NCBI GenBank assembly: GCA_037720205.1
Contig: JBBJMG010000015.1
Location: 9,853-73,852, forward strand
Direction of reading: 5' to 3'
Length of the DNA: 64,000 nucleotides
Source of the DNA: Pyrinomonadaceae bacterium
GTDB taxonomy: Bacteria > Acidobacteriota > Blastocatellia > Pyrinomonadales > Pyrinomonadaceae
The notes under the pieces were generated by a model, which was given only the letters and a program-made list of their open reading frames with translations, was not told the origin of the DNA and made no database searches. The translations under genes and the position numbers were made by a program. This document shows, in pieces, positions 1-9,981 of the stretch; the stretch's first letter is position 1; each line of letters starts with the position of its first letter.

Positions 1-1371
1 GCGCTTAATTTATCTGATCCGGGGCAGGCCCAGACCGTGATCGACGAGGTAAAAAAGAAGGTCGATTTTACGAATTGGACTGAGAATACTAACGGAAGCG
101 TCGTAAGTTGGTCGATGCCGGCGGGAATACAGGGCCCTTTGAAATTGCAAGCGGTCGATCAGGCACTCAAGATCATCGAGAGCCGAATCAATAAGTTTGG
201 CGTTAAAGAGCCGACGCTTCAGAAGTACGGGGCCGAATCGTCTGGACAGATACTTCTTCAGATGCCCGGTGTCGATGACCCTGAACGTGTCAAAAAGCTG
301 GTTGGGGACAAGTCTGAACTCGCCCTCATGAAGGTCGTCAGCCCGCCAAACCCCGCGCCGGTTACCACATATCCGACGGAAGAAGCGGCGAAACTATCGC
401 TTGGGGCCACCATTCCCGCGAACCGCCGCGTTTTGGCCTACTCCGACCGCGACGAACCGACGGCTGCAACGGCTTCCGCAACGCCCGATCCAAACGCCCC
501 GAAGCAGTTCGTCGTTGTTGAATATCCTGCAATCGTCGACGGCAGCGAGCTGCGTGAGGCTAACGCGATCTCCCGGACCGGCAGCGACCGGGACTTTGAG
601 ATTGGATTTTCCCTAAAACCGGGTGGTGCGGCGAAATTTGGAGACTGGACCGGTAAGAATATAGGTAATTATATGGCGGTCGTCTTGAATAACGAGGTCA
701 AGTCGGCGGCCTATATCAAGAGTCAGATATTCGATTCCGGACAGATCTCGGGCCGATTTACAAAATCGTCTGCGGACGATCTTGCCCTGACCTTGAAATC
801 GGGAGCGCTGCCCGCAAAAATCGAGTTTCAAGAGGAACGCACAGTCGGGCCGAGTCTTGGTGCTGATTCTATACGGGCCGGGGTCCAGGCAGCCCTCGGT
901 GGACTCGTTTTCATCATCATATTCATGCTGTTTTATTACCGCGGCGCCGGTGTAAACGCGGTGATCGCTTTGCTGCTGAATATGCTGCTTACGCTCGCCG
1001 CCCTCGTGATGATCCAATCCACGCTCACGCTGCCGGGCATCGCCGGATTGATTCTCGGTATAGGAATGGCGGTCGACTCAAACGTGCTGATTTTTGAGCG
1101 AATCCGTGAAGAGCTGCGTGACGGAAAGTCAATACCGCAGGCAGTGGAGCTCGGTTTCGACCGTGCCTTCATCACTATCATCGATACGCACATCACAACC
1201 ATCCTTTCGTCAGTAATTTTGTATATGTATGGTTCAGGACCGATTCGCGGATTTGCCGTGACGCTGGTGTTGGGACTGCTGATAAACCTGTTCTCCGCGG
1301 TTTTTGTGTCTAGAACCATTTTCATGTGGCTGCTCCAGCGAAAGGCGAAGATGGAGACGCTAAGTATTTAG
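1..1371 (+). CDS. secD: Protein translocase subunit SecD (5' end lies outside the window)
   Basis: Frame 1 is open from nt 1 into the listed ORF 37..1371. C-terminal multi-TM module with GIGMAVDSNVLIFERIREE motif. secF follows directly. Confidence 0.9.
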   Translation, partial: ALNLSDPGQAQTVIDEVKKKVDFTNWTENTNGSVVSWSMPAGIQGPLKLQAVDQALKIIESRINKFGVKEPTLQKYGAESSGQILLQMPGVDDPERVKKLVGDKSELALMKVVSPPNPAPVTTYPTEEAAKLSLGATIPANRRVLAYSDRDEPTAATASATPDPNAPKQFVVVEYPAIVDGSELREANAISRTGSDRDFEIGFSLKPGGAAKFGDWTGKNIGNYMAVVLNNEVKSAAYIKSQIFDSGQISGRFTKSSADDLALTLKSGALPAKIEFQEERTVGPSLGADSIRAGVQAALGGLVFIIIFMLFYYRGAGVNAVIALLLNMLLTLAALVMIQSTLTLPGIAGLILGIGMAVDSNVLIFERIREELRDGKSIPQAVELGFDRAFITIIDTHITTILSSVILYMYGSGPIRGFAVTLVLGLLINLFSAVFVSRTIFMWLLQRKAKMETLSI

Positions 1372-1449
1372 TTTACGTTCAGAGGTTTACCTTTGGCTGG
1401 CTCATCGGGAGCGAAGGCTCATAGAAAGCTCGACTCCAAAGATTAAGAG

Positions 1450-2586
1450 ATGCTGGAAATTTTCAAGAATATTAACGTTGATTGGATGGGTGTCCGCAAG
1501 CCGCTGATCTTTGTTTCGATAGTGATTTTGCTCGCAGGCCTTGGTTCAGCCATTGGGCGTCAGTTTACCGAGGGTGGTACGAACGCATTTAACCTGGGCG
1601 TGGACTTTCAGGGCGGCACGGTGATCACCGCCAAATTTAAGCAAAAGCCGGCTGAGGATGATATCCGAGCCGCTTTGCAGACTCAGGGTGTCAATGACGC
1701 GGTGATTCAGGCGTCAACCGATAAAGCCGACGAGGTCTTAATCAAAGTGCCCCTGTTCGAAGGAACATCAAACGCCCCGGCCGCTCCGGTTCCGACGCCG
1801 GCCGCAGCAGCGCTCGATCCTAACGCTCCGCCCGCCGCGCTCCAAGAGGCCTCCCAGGTTAACCTCGGGCGTGAAAAGGTCAAAGAGGCCCTTAATAGCT
1901 TTGGAGCAGAGGCCGAGGCTACCACTGCCCTTGGCGATGACCCTGCCGCCGCCTACAAGATAGTAGGTACTGACTCGGTCGGCCCGGTTGCGGGTGCTCA
2001 GCTCCGTAATCAGGCGGTTATCGCAACGCTGCTCGGCCTCGTGGGCATCTTGTTATTTATCGCCTTCCGGTACGACTGGACCTATGCGGCTGGTGCCGTT
2101 ATTGCGGTGTTTCACGATGTGCTGATCACGCTCGCGTTTTTCTCCATATTTCAGTGGGAGGTCAGCCTAACCGTGCTCGCCGCCTTGTTGACCCTTGTCG
2201 GTTTCTCGGTCAACGATTCGATCGTAATCTTTGACCGTATTCGCGAGAATCTAACGCTCCACCGGGGCGAGTCGCTATACAAATTAACGAATCAGTCGAT
2301 CAATCAGACAATGTCGCGCACGATCGTCACAAACGGGCTTGTGTTCCTGGCTGTGTTGGCGTTAGTGCTATTTGGCGGCGATGTGCTCCGAGGGTTTTCG
2401 CTCGCCCTTTTTGTTGGTTCGATCACGGGTACTTATTCCACGATTGCCATTGCAAGCCCGATTGCCATTTGGTGGCAGAGCAAGCTTGGCGACAATCGCG
2501 TGAAAGAGATACTGGTACCACAAATCGGCGAGAAGCTGGCATCGACATCGCGCCGATCCGTTACGCGTCGACCCGTTACCCGCTGA
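1450..2586 (+). CDS. secF: Protein translocase subunit SecF
   Basis: VGFSVNDSIVIFDRIRENL motif, six-TM architecture, adjacent to secD. Carries an Ala/Pro-rich periplasmic insertion. Confidence 0.9.
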   Translation: MLEIFKNINVDWMGVRKPLIFVSIVILLAGLGSAIGRQFTEGGTNAFNLGVDFQGGTVITAKFKQKPAEDDIRAALQTQGVNDAVIQASTDKADEVLIKVPLFEGTSNAPAAPVPTPAAAALDPNAPPAALQEASQVNLGREKVKEALNSFGAEAEATTALGDDPAAAYKIVGTDSVGPVAGAQLRNQAVIATLLGLVGILLFIAFRYDWTYAAGAVIAVFHDVLITLAFFSIFQWEVSLTVLAALLTLVGFSVNDSIVIFDRIRENLTLHRGESLYKLTNQSINQTMSRTIVTNGLVFLAVLALVLFGGDVLRGFSLALFVGSITGTYSTIAIASPIAIWWQSKLGDNRVKEILVPQIGEKLASTSRRSVTRRPVTR

Positions 2587-2970
2587 TGGTGTCGGCCTAG
2601 TCGCAGATATCCCGCGATCCCTCAAGTTTCGCGGTAAACGGAGACATTATTCTTGACTTTCGAGTACCAGTCTTTTAGACTTCTTTTCGTTGCTGGTCAA
2701 TTAAACTCTTTGCGGAACTCTTTCGGCTCGATTTCGATTTTTTCGAGATGAGTTGGGATTAACGATACAGTTGCGTGCTCGGGCCGGTCGCTTACTTATC
2801 GACCGGGCATCTATGATCTCAAGTTTTGCAGGCATTCCATGTTGGATCCTCTCGGGGCCTCTGTTTCGGGTCTGAGGTGACAACGTGGAGTTTTGTTTAT
2901 AACATCTAAAGCTATATAAGGTTTCGTAACCCTTGACCTATCACGGCACCGGACAAACGGAGGAAATAAG

Positions 2971-3792
2971 ATGCTTGATCAATTAGTAGAATCCAAAAGT
3001 CATATGAACGAGGACAAACGGCGGAGCAGCTTTATGCTGGTTACGCTGATCATCGCTGTCCTCGGTGTGCTGACGGCATGGGGCGTCGATCTTTTTAACA
3101 AGGACTTCGGAATGGGCGGCGACGATCTTTCGCTGACCACCCTGGTCGCACCGGTTCCTGTCCCTGACGAGGAGCCGCCACCCGAGCCTGAAAAGAAGCC
3201 GGAACAGCAGAAGCAGCCTGACGTCGACGTGCGTAAGGAGCTTATTCAAAACATGATGCAAACGCCGGTCAAACCACCCGATGTGACCAGCGTCACCAAG
3301 AATCAGGTTAAGGAAATGCGTCTCGACCGGATGACGAAACTAGGTTCGAACGACTCGGACACTGGCGCCAAGGTCGACTCCGGAGCGGCTCGAGTTGTGG
3401 AGACCGGTGGAACGGCTGGCCTCTCCGCCAGCACAGGAACGGCTCCGACCGGCGGTGGTGAAGAAGAGGCTCCGCCTCCACCAGCGGCCAAAGCCACGCC
3501 GAAGCCGCAGCCAAAGACGATCTCCCAGGGCGTGCTTAACGGAAAGGCTACAAGCTTACCCAAACCTGCATATCCCGCCGCCGCTCGTGCGGTGCGTGCC
3601 GCCGGTTCGGTCAGCGTCCAGGTGCTTATCAACGAAAGCGGCAGCGTGATATCTGCTACAGCTGTCAGTGGGCACCCGTTGCTAAAAGCGGCGGCAGCGG
3701 CAGCCGCTCGCGGGGCGCGGTTCAGCCCGACCCTCTTATCCGGGCAGCCGGTCAAGGTGTCTGGCGTGATCACATATAATTTTGTTCCCTAG
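2971..3792 (+). CDS. TonB-family energy transducer
   Basis: N-terminal TM anchor, Pro/Glu/Lys-rich spacer (PVPDEEPPPEPEKKPEQQKQPD) and TonB C-terminal domain (GSVSVQVLINESGSV...GQPVKVSGVITYNF). GGAGGA RBS. exbB/exbD follow. Confidence 0.75.
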   Translation: MLDQLVESKSHMNEDKRRSSFMLVTLIIAVLGVLTAWGVDLFNKDFGMGGDDLSLTTLVAPVPVPDEEPPPEPEKKPEQQKQPDVDVRKELIQNMMQTPVKPPDVTSVTKNQVKEMRLDRMTKLGSNDSDTGAKVDSGAARVVETGGTAGLSASTGTAPTGGGEEEAPPPPAAKATPKPQPKTISQGVLNGKATSLPKPAYPAAARAVRAAGSVSVQVLINESGSVISATAVSGHPLLKAAAAAAARGARFSPTLLSGQPVKVSGVITYNFVP

Positions 3793-3894
3793 GGAACATT
3801 ATCTGCGGGAAATAGTCTAAAAGACTGTTTCCCGCATTTATCGCTTTTCTTTGCATCTTTTTTTAGAGTTTCTGATTTCACTGGAGGAAAAACC

Positions 3895-4644
3895 ATGACA
3901 TTTTTAGGCAGCCTGATCGTAACGGATTTTTCGCATCTCTTCATGATGCTAACCGGCGAGGGCGTTTCGTTCGGCATTTACGATATCGCGAAGAGTCTGA
4001 CCATTCCGGGTTGGGGCGTTATCATTACGCTCCTGATCCAGTCGGTATATTTGATTGCCGTGGGGATCGAACGCTGGCTGACATATAACAAGGCCAAGGC
4101 CCAGTCGCGTCAGTATGCGCCTAAGGTTGCCCAGGCGTTGAAGAACAGCAACATCGACGAGGCCATCAATATCGGCGACAAACACAAGGATTCGCACTTG
4201 GCGATGGTTGTGTCATCAGGCCTAAAAGAATTTGCGGCTCATCAGGGCAATGCCGACATTACGGCAGACGAGATGGAAGCTTCGAAGCGTGCTCTTGAGC
4301 GTGCGATTGCTGTCAAAACCGCCGAACTCAAGCGTGGCTTGGCTGGTCTCGCTACGGTTGGCTCGACGGCTCCTTTCGTCGGTTTGTTCGGTACGGTTGT
4401 TGGTATTATCGGTGCTTTCCAGGCCCTTCGTGCTAACGAGTCGGCCGGTATCGGCGCCGTTGGTGGTGCTATCGCCGAAGCCCTAGTTGCGACCGCATTC
4501 GGTATCCTCGTGGCTATTCCCGCCGTGTGGCTCTTCAATTACTTTACGAATAAGGTTACGAGCTTTGGCGTCGAGATGGAAAACTCCGCTTCCGAGTTGG
4601 TCGACTACTTTATCCGCCAGCGTGGAAAACAGATTCGCGGCTAG
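3895..4644 (+). CDS. MotA/TolQ/ExbB proton-channel protein
   Basis: Three TM segments and a GSTAPFVGLFGTVVGIIGAF motif typical of ExbB/TolQ. GGAGGA RBS. Confidence 0.85.
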   Translation: MTFLGSLIVTDFSHLFMMLTGEGVSFGIYDIAKSLTIPGWGVIITLLIQSVYLIAVGIERWLTYNKAKAQSRQYAPKVAQALKNSNIDEAINIGDKHKDSHLAMVVSSGLKEFAAHQGNADITADEMEASKRALERAIAVKTAELKRGLAGLATVGSTAPFVGLFGTVVGIIGAFQALRANESAGIGAVGGAIAEALVATAFGILVAIPAVWLFNYFTNKVTSFGVEMENSASELVDYFIRQRGKQIRG

Positions 4645-4668
4645 TTTCGATTTATAGGAGATAACGCT

Positions 4669-5112
4669 ATGGCTGTCAGTGTTGGCGGTTCAAGTGAGTA
4701 CAATTCGGATATCAACGTGACGCCGATGGTTGATGTGATGCTGGTGCTGCTGATCATCTTTATGATTGTCACGCCGCTCCTCCAGTCAGGTGTATCGGTC
4801 AACCTTCCGCGTGACATGATTAGCCCGGATGAGGATGGCGATATTGCGAAGGACACGTCAGTGATCATCGCAATTCCGGACAACAGCAACTTCTATATCG
4901 GGAAGGAACAGTTTCCGATCGACGCCCTGGGCGATGTCATTAAGCGGCGCATGGAAGGCAAGACGCCTGAGAAACGCATCGTCTATATCAAGAGTGGTGT
5001 TGACGTTGATTATGGACGAGTTGTTGCGGCAATCGAGACCATTCGCAAGCAGGATATCGATAAGATCGGACTCGTTGCGGACCGGAAAAAAGGTGTCGAG
5101 CAGCCCAAGTAA
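4669..5112 (+). CDS. ExbD/TolR biopolymer transport protein
   Basis: INVTPMVDVMLVLLIIFM N-terminal TM motif of ExbD/TolR. AGGAG RBS. Confidence 0.85.
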   Translation: MAVSVGGSSEYNSDINVTPMVDVMLVLLIIFMIVTPLLQSGVSVNLPRDMISPDEDGDIAKDTSVIIAIPDNSNFYIGKEQFPIDALGDVIKRRMEGKTPEKRIVYIKSGVDVDYGRVVAAIETIRKQDIDKIGLVADRKKGVEQPK

Positions 5113-5175
5113 TTAGCGCGGCAGGCGGCAAAATTTAGTGACCGGCTTCCGCGTCGTAAAGGCAGGTAACAAGCT

Positions 5176-5652
5176 ATGGGAATGAGTACAGGCGGCGGCG
5201 GTGACGGCGCTAAGCCACAAATTAACGTTACACCACTTATCGATGTGCTTCTCGTGCTGCTGATCATCTTTATGGTCATCACGCCGCTTAAGCCCAGCAA
5301 ATTTGAGGCTAAAGTGCCGGCTGAGCCGAAGGACGAGCAACAGGTCAACGTAAAGCCTAACCCCCTGACGCTCGTTGTGGCGATCAGCAAAGAGACGAAA
5401 GGTATCACGCTGAATAACGAGAACTTTGGTGATGTTTCCGATACTGAGAAACTCAGTAATCGGCTTCGCGAAATATTCAAAGAGCGAGAAAACAACGGCG
5501 TATTCCGCGAGGGCACGAATGAGGTCGAAAAGACGATCTTCTTGAAGTCGCCAAAATCGGTCCGCTACGGTGACGTGGTGCGTGTTATCGACGCTGCCAA
5601 AGCAGCGGGGGCATCGCCAATAGGGTTACAGATTGACGATCTAACGGATTAA
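5176..5652 (+). CDS. ExbD/TolR biopolymer transport protein (second paralogue)
   Basis: INVTPLIDVLLVLLIIFM motif. Tandem to the first exbD-like gene. Confidence 0.85.
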   Translation: MGMSTGGGGDGAKPQINVTPLIDVLLVLLIIFMVITPLKPSKFEAKVPAEPKDEQQVNVKPNPLTLVVAISKETKGITLNNENFGDVSDTEKLSNRLREIFKERENNGVFREGTNEVEKTIFLKSPKSVRYGDVVRVIDAAKAAGASPIGLQIDDLTD

Positions 5653-5735
5653 TTTTCGTCGCTACCGGCATTTCGATACGAGCTTTGTCGTCGTTCGTTC
5701 CCGGCCGTTCCGGCGACAGTAAATGGAGTCAAATA

Positions 5736-6713
5736 ATGAGATTCTCTCGTTTTGGGGTTTTTGTTTTACTGGCAATAACCGTATTTTTGGGTTCGAGTTG
5801 CGGGTATTACAACCGTATCATGGCCCGCAAGGATCTGGTAGACGGATCGAACGCCTACAAGGGCCGTAAATTTCCAGACGCGGAACAGTTATTCCGCAAC
5901 GCAGCCGCTCGTGACCCCAACGGCGAATCGATCGAGGGTAAAACTGCCCAATTATTTTTAGCCAGAACGCTCCATTCTAGATATATTGGTGACCGATCGA
6001 ACAGGGAATTGGCTGAGGAAGCCATTCGTGAGTACCAGAAAGCACTCGCGCTGAACACTAACGACCAAAGCTCGTACAAGGCGATCGCCAGCTTATACGA
6101 GAATCTGCAGCAGACTGATAAATGGCTGGACTGGGTCACTAAACGTTCGGCGAACACGTCGATTCCTAACGAGCAGCGTGCGGAGGCCCTTACTTCGCTT
6201 GCGGCGAAGAAGAACTCGTGTGCCAACGACATTACCGACACTGAGGCCACGAAAAAGACTGTAACCAAAGACGGAAAGCCATCGTTTCAGTTTGTAAAGC
6301 CGGCAAATATCGAGGAATTTGAGACCCTAAAAAAATGTATTGATGAGGGAACGGTTCTCTCGGACCAGGCGTTTGGCCTGGAGACGCCGGCCGTTAAAAG
6401 CGCTTCCACTCTGGATATCAAAGGGCTCTCGGATGCTGACCTCGTTAAAAATCTCGACCTCTTGAAGGTTTTTGAGTCGGCCCGGTCGTATAAGGCAAGC
6501 CTACTGGTGCAGTCAATGCGTCTCGCCGAGATGGACAATCGCATTCCGGACCGCGACCGGCTAAAGGTGGAGGCCGAGGCGGCGAGAAGGAGCTTTCTCG
6601 ATCTCAGCGATGTCGTAAAGAAAATCCAGACCGAAATAGATGATCGTAAGGCCAAGGCCGCGGCAGAAGCTCCTGGCGGCGGCGGCAGCTCAAATAAGAA
6701 CGCTAATAAATAG
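5736..6713 (+). CDS. TPR-like lipoprotein at the end of the TonB cluster
   Basis: ATG at 5736 preceded by GGAG. The ORF-track start at 5685 is TTG. Signal peptide with lipobox (FLGSSCG). Helical repeat-like sequence. Gly/Asn/Lys tail. Confidence 0.6.
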   Translation: MRFSRFGVFVLLAITVFLGSSCGYYNRIMARKDLVDGSNAYKGRKFPDAEQLFRNAAARDPNGESIEGKTAQLFLARTLHSRYIGDRSNRELAEEAIREYQKALALNTNDQSSYKAIASLYENLQQTDKWLDWVTKRSANTSIPNEQRAEALTSLAAKKNSCANDITDTEATKKTVTKDGKPSFQFVKPANIEEFETLKKCIDEGTVLSDQAFGLETPAVKSASTLDIKGLSDADLVKNLDLLKVFESARSYKASLLVQSMRLAEMDNRIPDRDRLKVEAEAARRSFLDLSDVVKKIQTEIDDRKAKAAAEAPGGGGSSNKNANK

Positions 6714-6736
6714 GATTCGGAGAGTTCTCTAAATCA

Positions 6737-6774
6737 AGCGATGCTCAATTTTTCGGTTGAGCATCGCTTTTTTT
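6737..6774 (+). terminator. Rho-independent terminator after the TonB/TPR cluster
   Basis: Perfect 12-bp stem (agcgatgctcaa / ttgagcatcgct), 8-nt loop, then a run of T residues. Confidence 0.65.
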
Positions 6775-6887
6775 GCCGACGGACGGCTGGTCGGCAGGCG
6801 CGGAAGCACTGGGGGTCCCCATAGGATTCAGCTTTACTCTTTAGAAATCCTTTATCCTTTGCCGGTTATCCATTATTCTTTCTATAG

Positions 6888-9095
6888 ATGATTAGAATTG
6901 AGGACGTGATCGATAAAGTACAGGCTAACCGACCGACGGCCGATGTCGGGTTGATTCGCCGTGCCTATCTGTTCTCAGCAATGCATCACAGGGGGCAGAC
7001 GCGTGCCTCGGGTGAGCCCTATCTCGTCCACCCGATCGAGGTTGCCGAGATCCTGGCGGACATGAGGCTGGACGAGGTCAGCGTGTCGACTGGGCTGCTC
7101 CACGATGTGGTCGAGGACACACTCGTCGATCTAGACACTATCAAATCCTATTTTGGCCCGGAGATCGCGCTTCTCGTGGATGGGCTCACCAAAATCGCAA
7201 ATATCAGCGATCTCTCCAAGGAAAAGCAGCAAGCGGAAAATGTCCGGAAAATGGTGCTCGCCATGATTACCGACGTCCGCGTGGTTCTGATTAAACTCGC
7301 CGACAGACTCCACAATATGCGGACGATGGAGTATCTGAAACCGGAGAAACGCGAGCGTATTTCGCAGGAAACACTGGACATTTACGCCCCAATCGCTCAT
7401 CGGCTCGGTATGGGAAAAATGCGAAGCGAGCTTGAAGACCTAAGCTTCCAGAACCTTTACCCCCAAGAATATAAGCGGCTTGCAAGTGAAGTCGATGCCC
7501 GTCGTCCAGAACTAGAAGCGGCGCTCGATCAGATCAAGGCGACTATCGCGGAGAGTCTGGTCGAGAACGAGGTGCCGTATGTGGAGATTCAGGGGCGAGT
7601 AAAACGATTATACTCCCTGTGGAAAAAGCTCAAGAAACAAAAGATCGTGATCGAGCAAGTCTATGACTTAATAGCTGCCAGGATCATCACGGAGAATGAC
7701 CGCAAGTACTGTTATCTCACCATGAGTGTCATACATGACCTCTGGACACCCATACCCGAGCGATTTAAGGATTGGATAGCCATTCCGCGCGATAACTTGT
7801 ACCAGTCGCTGCATACCTCTGTCATTGGCGATGGCGGCCAACCCTTTGAAGTACAGATTCGCACTCAAGAGATGCATCACATCGCAGAGGAAGGCGTTGC
7901 TGCCCATTGGAAGTATAAGGAGAGCAACCTAGGACAGCAGGCAGAAGACGATGCTCTCGACGTTCTCAGGAAAACGGTAGAGAAACTTTTGCTGCCGCTC
8001 GTCGAGGATACTAAGGAACAGGACGATTCCGTCGATTTCATTGAGACCTTAAAACTCGACTTGTATCCTAAGGATGTCTATGCCTTCACACCGATGGGCA
8101 AAGTTATTCAACTCCCGCGAGGCTCCACGCCGATTGATTTCGCCTATGCAATTCACTCGGCGGTCGGCGATACATGTACTGGCGCAAAGATCAATAGCCG
8201 CATCGTACCGTTACGGAGCGAGCTCCAGAATGGCGATGTGGTCGAGATACTCACCACTCAGAGTTCAAAACCGTCGGGTGATTGGCTCGGGTTCGTTATC
8301 ACCTCGCGTGCCAGAAATCGTATCAGACATCAGATCTCGCTCGAGCAGCGGACCGAGTCGATTGACCTAGGCCGCAAGCTCCTGGAAAAAGAGACGGAGC
8401 GTTTTCAAATTCCACCGAAAAAATTCTTCAACAACGAGACGGAGATGAAGCGTATTGCCAATGAGTACGGGCTCAGCCGCCGGGAGGATCTTTTTGCATC
8501 AGTGGGATACGGCAAGGTGATCGCACGCAACGTCGTCGCGAAGTTTCTCGGGGCCGAGAAGTTTAACGAGCTCGATCCCGATAAACAAAAAGAGACGCGA
8601 CTAAAGTCGGCGACCAAGGCGGTGAAGAAATTTATCGGGATGGGTGACGACGCGATAGTGGTGAAAGGCGTCGATAACCTCCTTATAAACCGTGCTCGGT
8701 GTTGTAATCCGTTGCGTGGCGAAGCGATAGTGGGCTACATCTCAGTCGAAAAGGGAATCGTGGTCCATAACAAGCGCTGCAAAAACATGTCGCAGCTGAT
8801 GGTCAACAAAGAGCGAATCGTCGAGGTCGAGTGGGCCCACACCGACGAGAACCAGAAACAGTCGGTGCAGCTTCTGGCCACCACCGAAAACCGCACAGGC
8901 ATGATCGCCGGCATCACAAATGCCATCGCCGATATTAAGACAGGCATTCGCGATGCGCGTGCAAGCATCTCAAAAGACGATCTGGGTATTATCGAAGTAA
9001 CGGTCGAAGTTTTCGACAAGAAACATCTCGACAAAGTTGTCGGTGCGATAGAGCATGTGCCGGGGGTTATCGCGGTTGAGCGGGTGAATGCCTAG
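6888..9095 (+). CDS. rel: Bifunctional (p)ppGpp synthetase/hydrolase (RelA/SpoT homologue)
   Basis: HD hydrolase region (HRGQTRASGEPYLVHPIEV...HD), RelA_SpoT synthetase region, TGS-like and C-terminal ACT-like regions. 735 aa. Confidence 0.92.
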   Translation: MIRIEDVIDKVQANRPTADVGLIRRAYLFSAMHHRGQTRASGEPYLVHPIEVAEILADMRLDEVSVSTGLLHDVVEDTLVDLDTIKSYFGPEIALLVDGLTKIANISDLSKEKQQAENVRKMVLAMITDVRVVLIKLADRLHNMRTMEYLKPEKRERISQETLDIYAPIAHRLGMGKMRSELEDLSFQNLYPQEYKRLASEVDARRPELEAALDQIKATIAESLVENEVPYVEIQGRVKRLYSLWKKLKKQKIVIEQVYDLIAARIITENDRKYCYLTMSVIHDLWTPIPERFKDWIAIPRDNLYQSLHTSVIGDGGQPFEVQIRTQEMHHIAEEGVAAHWKYKESNLGQQAEDDALDVLRKTVEKLLLPLVEDTKEQDDSVDFIETLKLDLYPKDVYAFTPMGKVIQLPRGSTPIDFAYAIHSAVGDTCTGAKINSRIVPLRSELQNGDVVEILTTQSSKPSGDWLGFVITSRARNRIRHQISLEQRTESIDLGRKLLEKETERFQIPPKKFFNNETEMKRIANEYGLSRREDLFASVGYGKVIARNVVAKFLGAEKFNELDPDKQKETRLKSATKAVKKFIGMGDDAIVVKGVDNLLINRARCCNPLRGEAIVGYISVEKGIVVHNKRCKNMSQLMVNKERIVEVEWAHTDENQKQSVQLLATTENRTGMIAGITNAIADIKTGIRDARASISKDDLGIIEVTVEVFDKKHLDKVVGAIEHVPGVIAVERVNA

Positions 9096-9194
9096 ATCAT
9101 AGGCCGTAGATGTGCACGGCATGAACTTTCCTTTTCCCCGATTCTTTGCTAAACTTCGCCTTTTGCTTGAGTTGGCCTTTACGCAGACTATATT

Positions 9195-9575
9195 ATGAAA
9201 GCTGTGGTTTCGACGGATTATGCGCCCGGCGCGATAGGCCCTTATTCGCAGGCGATCAAGGCGGGCGGATTTGTGTTTTGCTCAGGGCAGATTCCGATAG
9301 ATCCCACTACGGGAGAGTTCGTATCCGATGGAGTCGGAGAGCAGACGGAACAGGTGTTAAAGAATCTAGGTAAAGTTCTAGAGGCTGCCGGAACAAGTCT
9401 CTCCAATGTGGTGAAAACGACGGTTTTCTTGGCGGATATGAATGATTTTGTGGAGATGAATGAGGTCTATGGCCGTTTCTTTGATGCTAATGAACCAGCG
9501 CGGGCGACAGTGCAGGCGGCCAGGTTACCTCGCGATGCGCGAGTCGAAATCGATTGCATCGCGGTCGTCAATTAA
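9195..9575 (+). CDS. ridA: RidA/YjgF-family reactive enamine/imine deaminase
   Basis: 126 aa. GPYSQAIKAGGFVFCSGQIP and RVEIDCIAV motifs typical of RidA. Confidence 0.9.
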   Translation: MKAVVSTDYAPGAIGPYSQAIKAGGFVFCSGQIPIDPTTGEFVSDGVGEQTEQVLKNLGKVLEAAGTSLSNVVKTTVFLADMNDFVEMNEVYGRFFDANEPARATVQAARLPRDARVEIDCIAVVN

Positions 9576-9610
9576 CTTCGACAGTGTGAGATGGATCCCA
9601 GATCCGGCAC

Positions 9611-9650
9611 AAAACAAAAGCCAAACGCCCCATTTATGAGTACGTTTGGC
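9611..9650 (-). terminator. Probable terminator of rpmB
   Basis: 8-bp stem (gccaaacg / cgtttggc), followed on the minus strand by ttttgtttt. The loop is rather long (15 nt). Confidence 0.45.
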
Positions 9651-9682
9651 AACTAAAGCGAACGGCCGATTCTCAAATCAAG

Positions 9683-9877
9683 TTACGCGGCTTTGATAAT
9701 TTTTCCGCCTTTAATGCACCGAGTGCAGACCTTCTGGCGGGCATTACCACCGGCGGGCTGTTGGACGCGGACCGATTGCAGGTTAGGGTTAAAACGCCGT
9801 CGCGTTTTGTTGTTAGCGTGAGATACGTTGTTTCCAAACTGCGGGCCTTTCCCGCAAACTTCGCAGCGTTTTGCCAT
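9683..9877 (-). CDS. rpmB: 50S ribosomal protein L28
   Basis: [34 protein letters not shown] is the canonical L28 N-terminus. 64 aa. Confidence 0.95.
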   Translation of the reverse strand: MAKRCEVCGKGPQFGNNVSHANNKTRRRFNPNLQSVRVQQPAGGNARQKVCTRCIKGGKIIKAA

Positions 9878-9981
9878 ATTATTGCCTCGATTCGGCTCAG
9901 ACGAATAAGTCGAGCCTTTAAAAACTCAAAACAAGATTTATAACAAAAGCGATGCGTCGCGTCAAGTAAACGGGAATTATA

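Noticed and set aside
613-1325. Long antisense ORFs overlapping secD. Similar cases occur elsewhere: 15084..15671, 17637..18060, 19382..19951, 20404..20889, 28207..28845, 42914..43651, 46800..47390.
   Set aside because: These are typical shadow ORFs of GC-rich coding DNA. Each lies opposite a gene with strong family signatures, and their translations are Arg/Ser/Pro-rich with no recognisable motifs.
2587-2970. Unusually long (384 nt) gap between secF and tonB. I examined it for a small gene, a riboswitch or an sRNA.
   Set aside because: The 60-aa minus ORF (2701..2883) looks like random basic sequence and the other frames are broken by stops. I found no convincing conserved structure or motif. 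It probably holds only promoter and leader sequence.
2971-6713. The TonB-ExbB-ExbD-ExbD-TPR cluster as a candidate novel system.
   Set aside because: This gene order is a common, well-known arrangement in Acidobacteria and Bacteroidetes-like genomes. Lack of an adjacent TonB-dependent receptor is not unusual.
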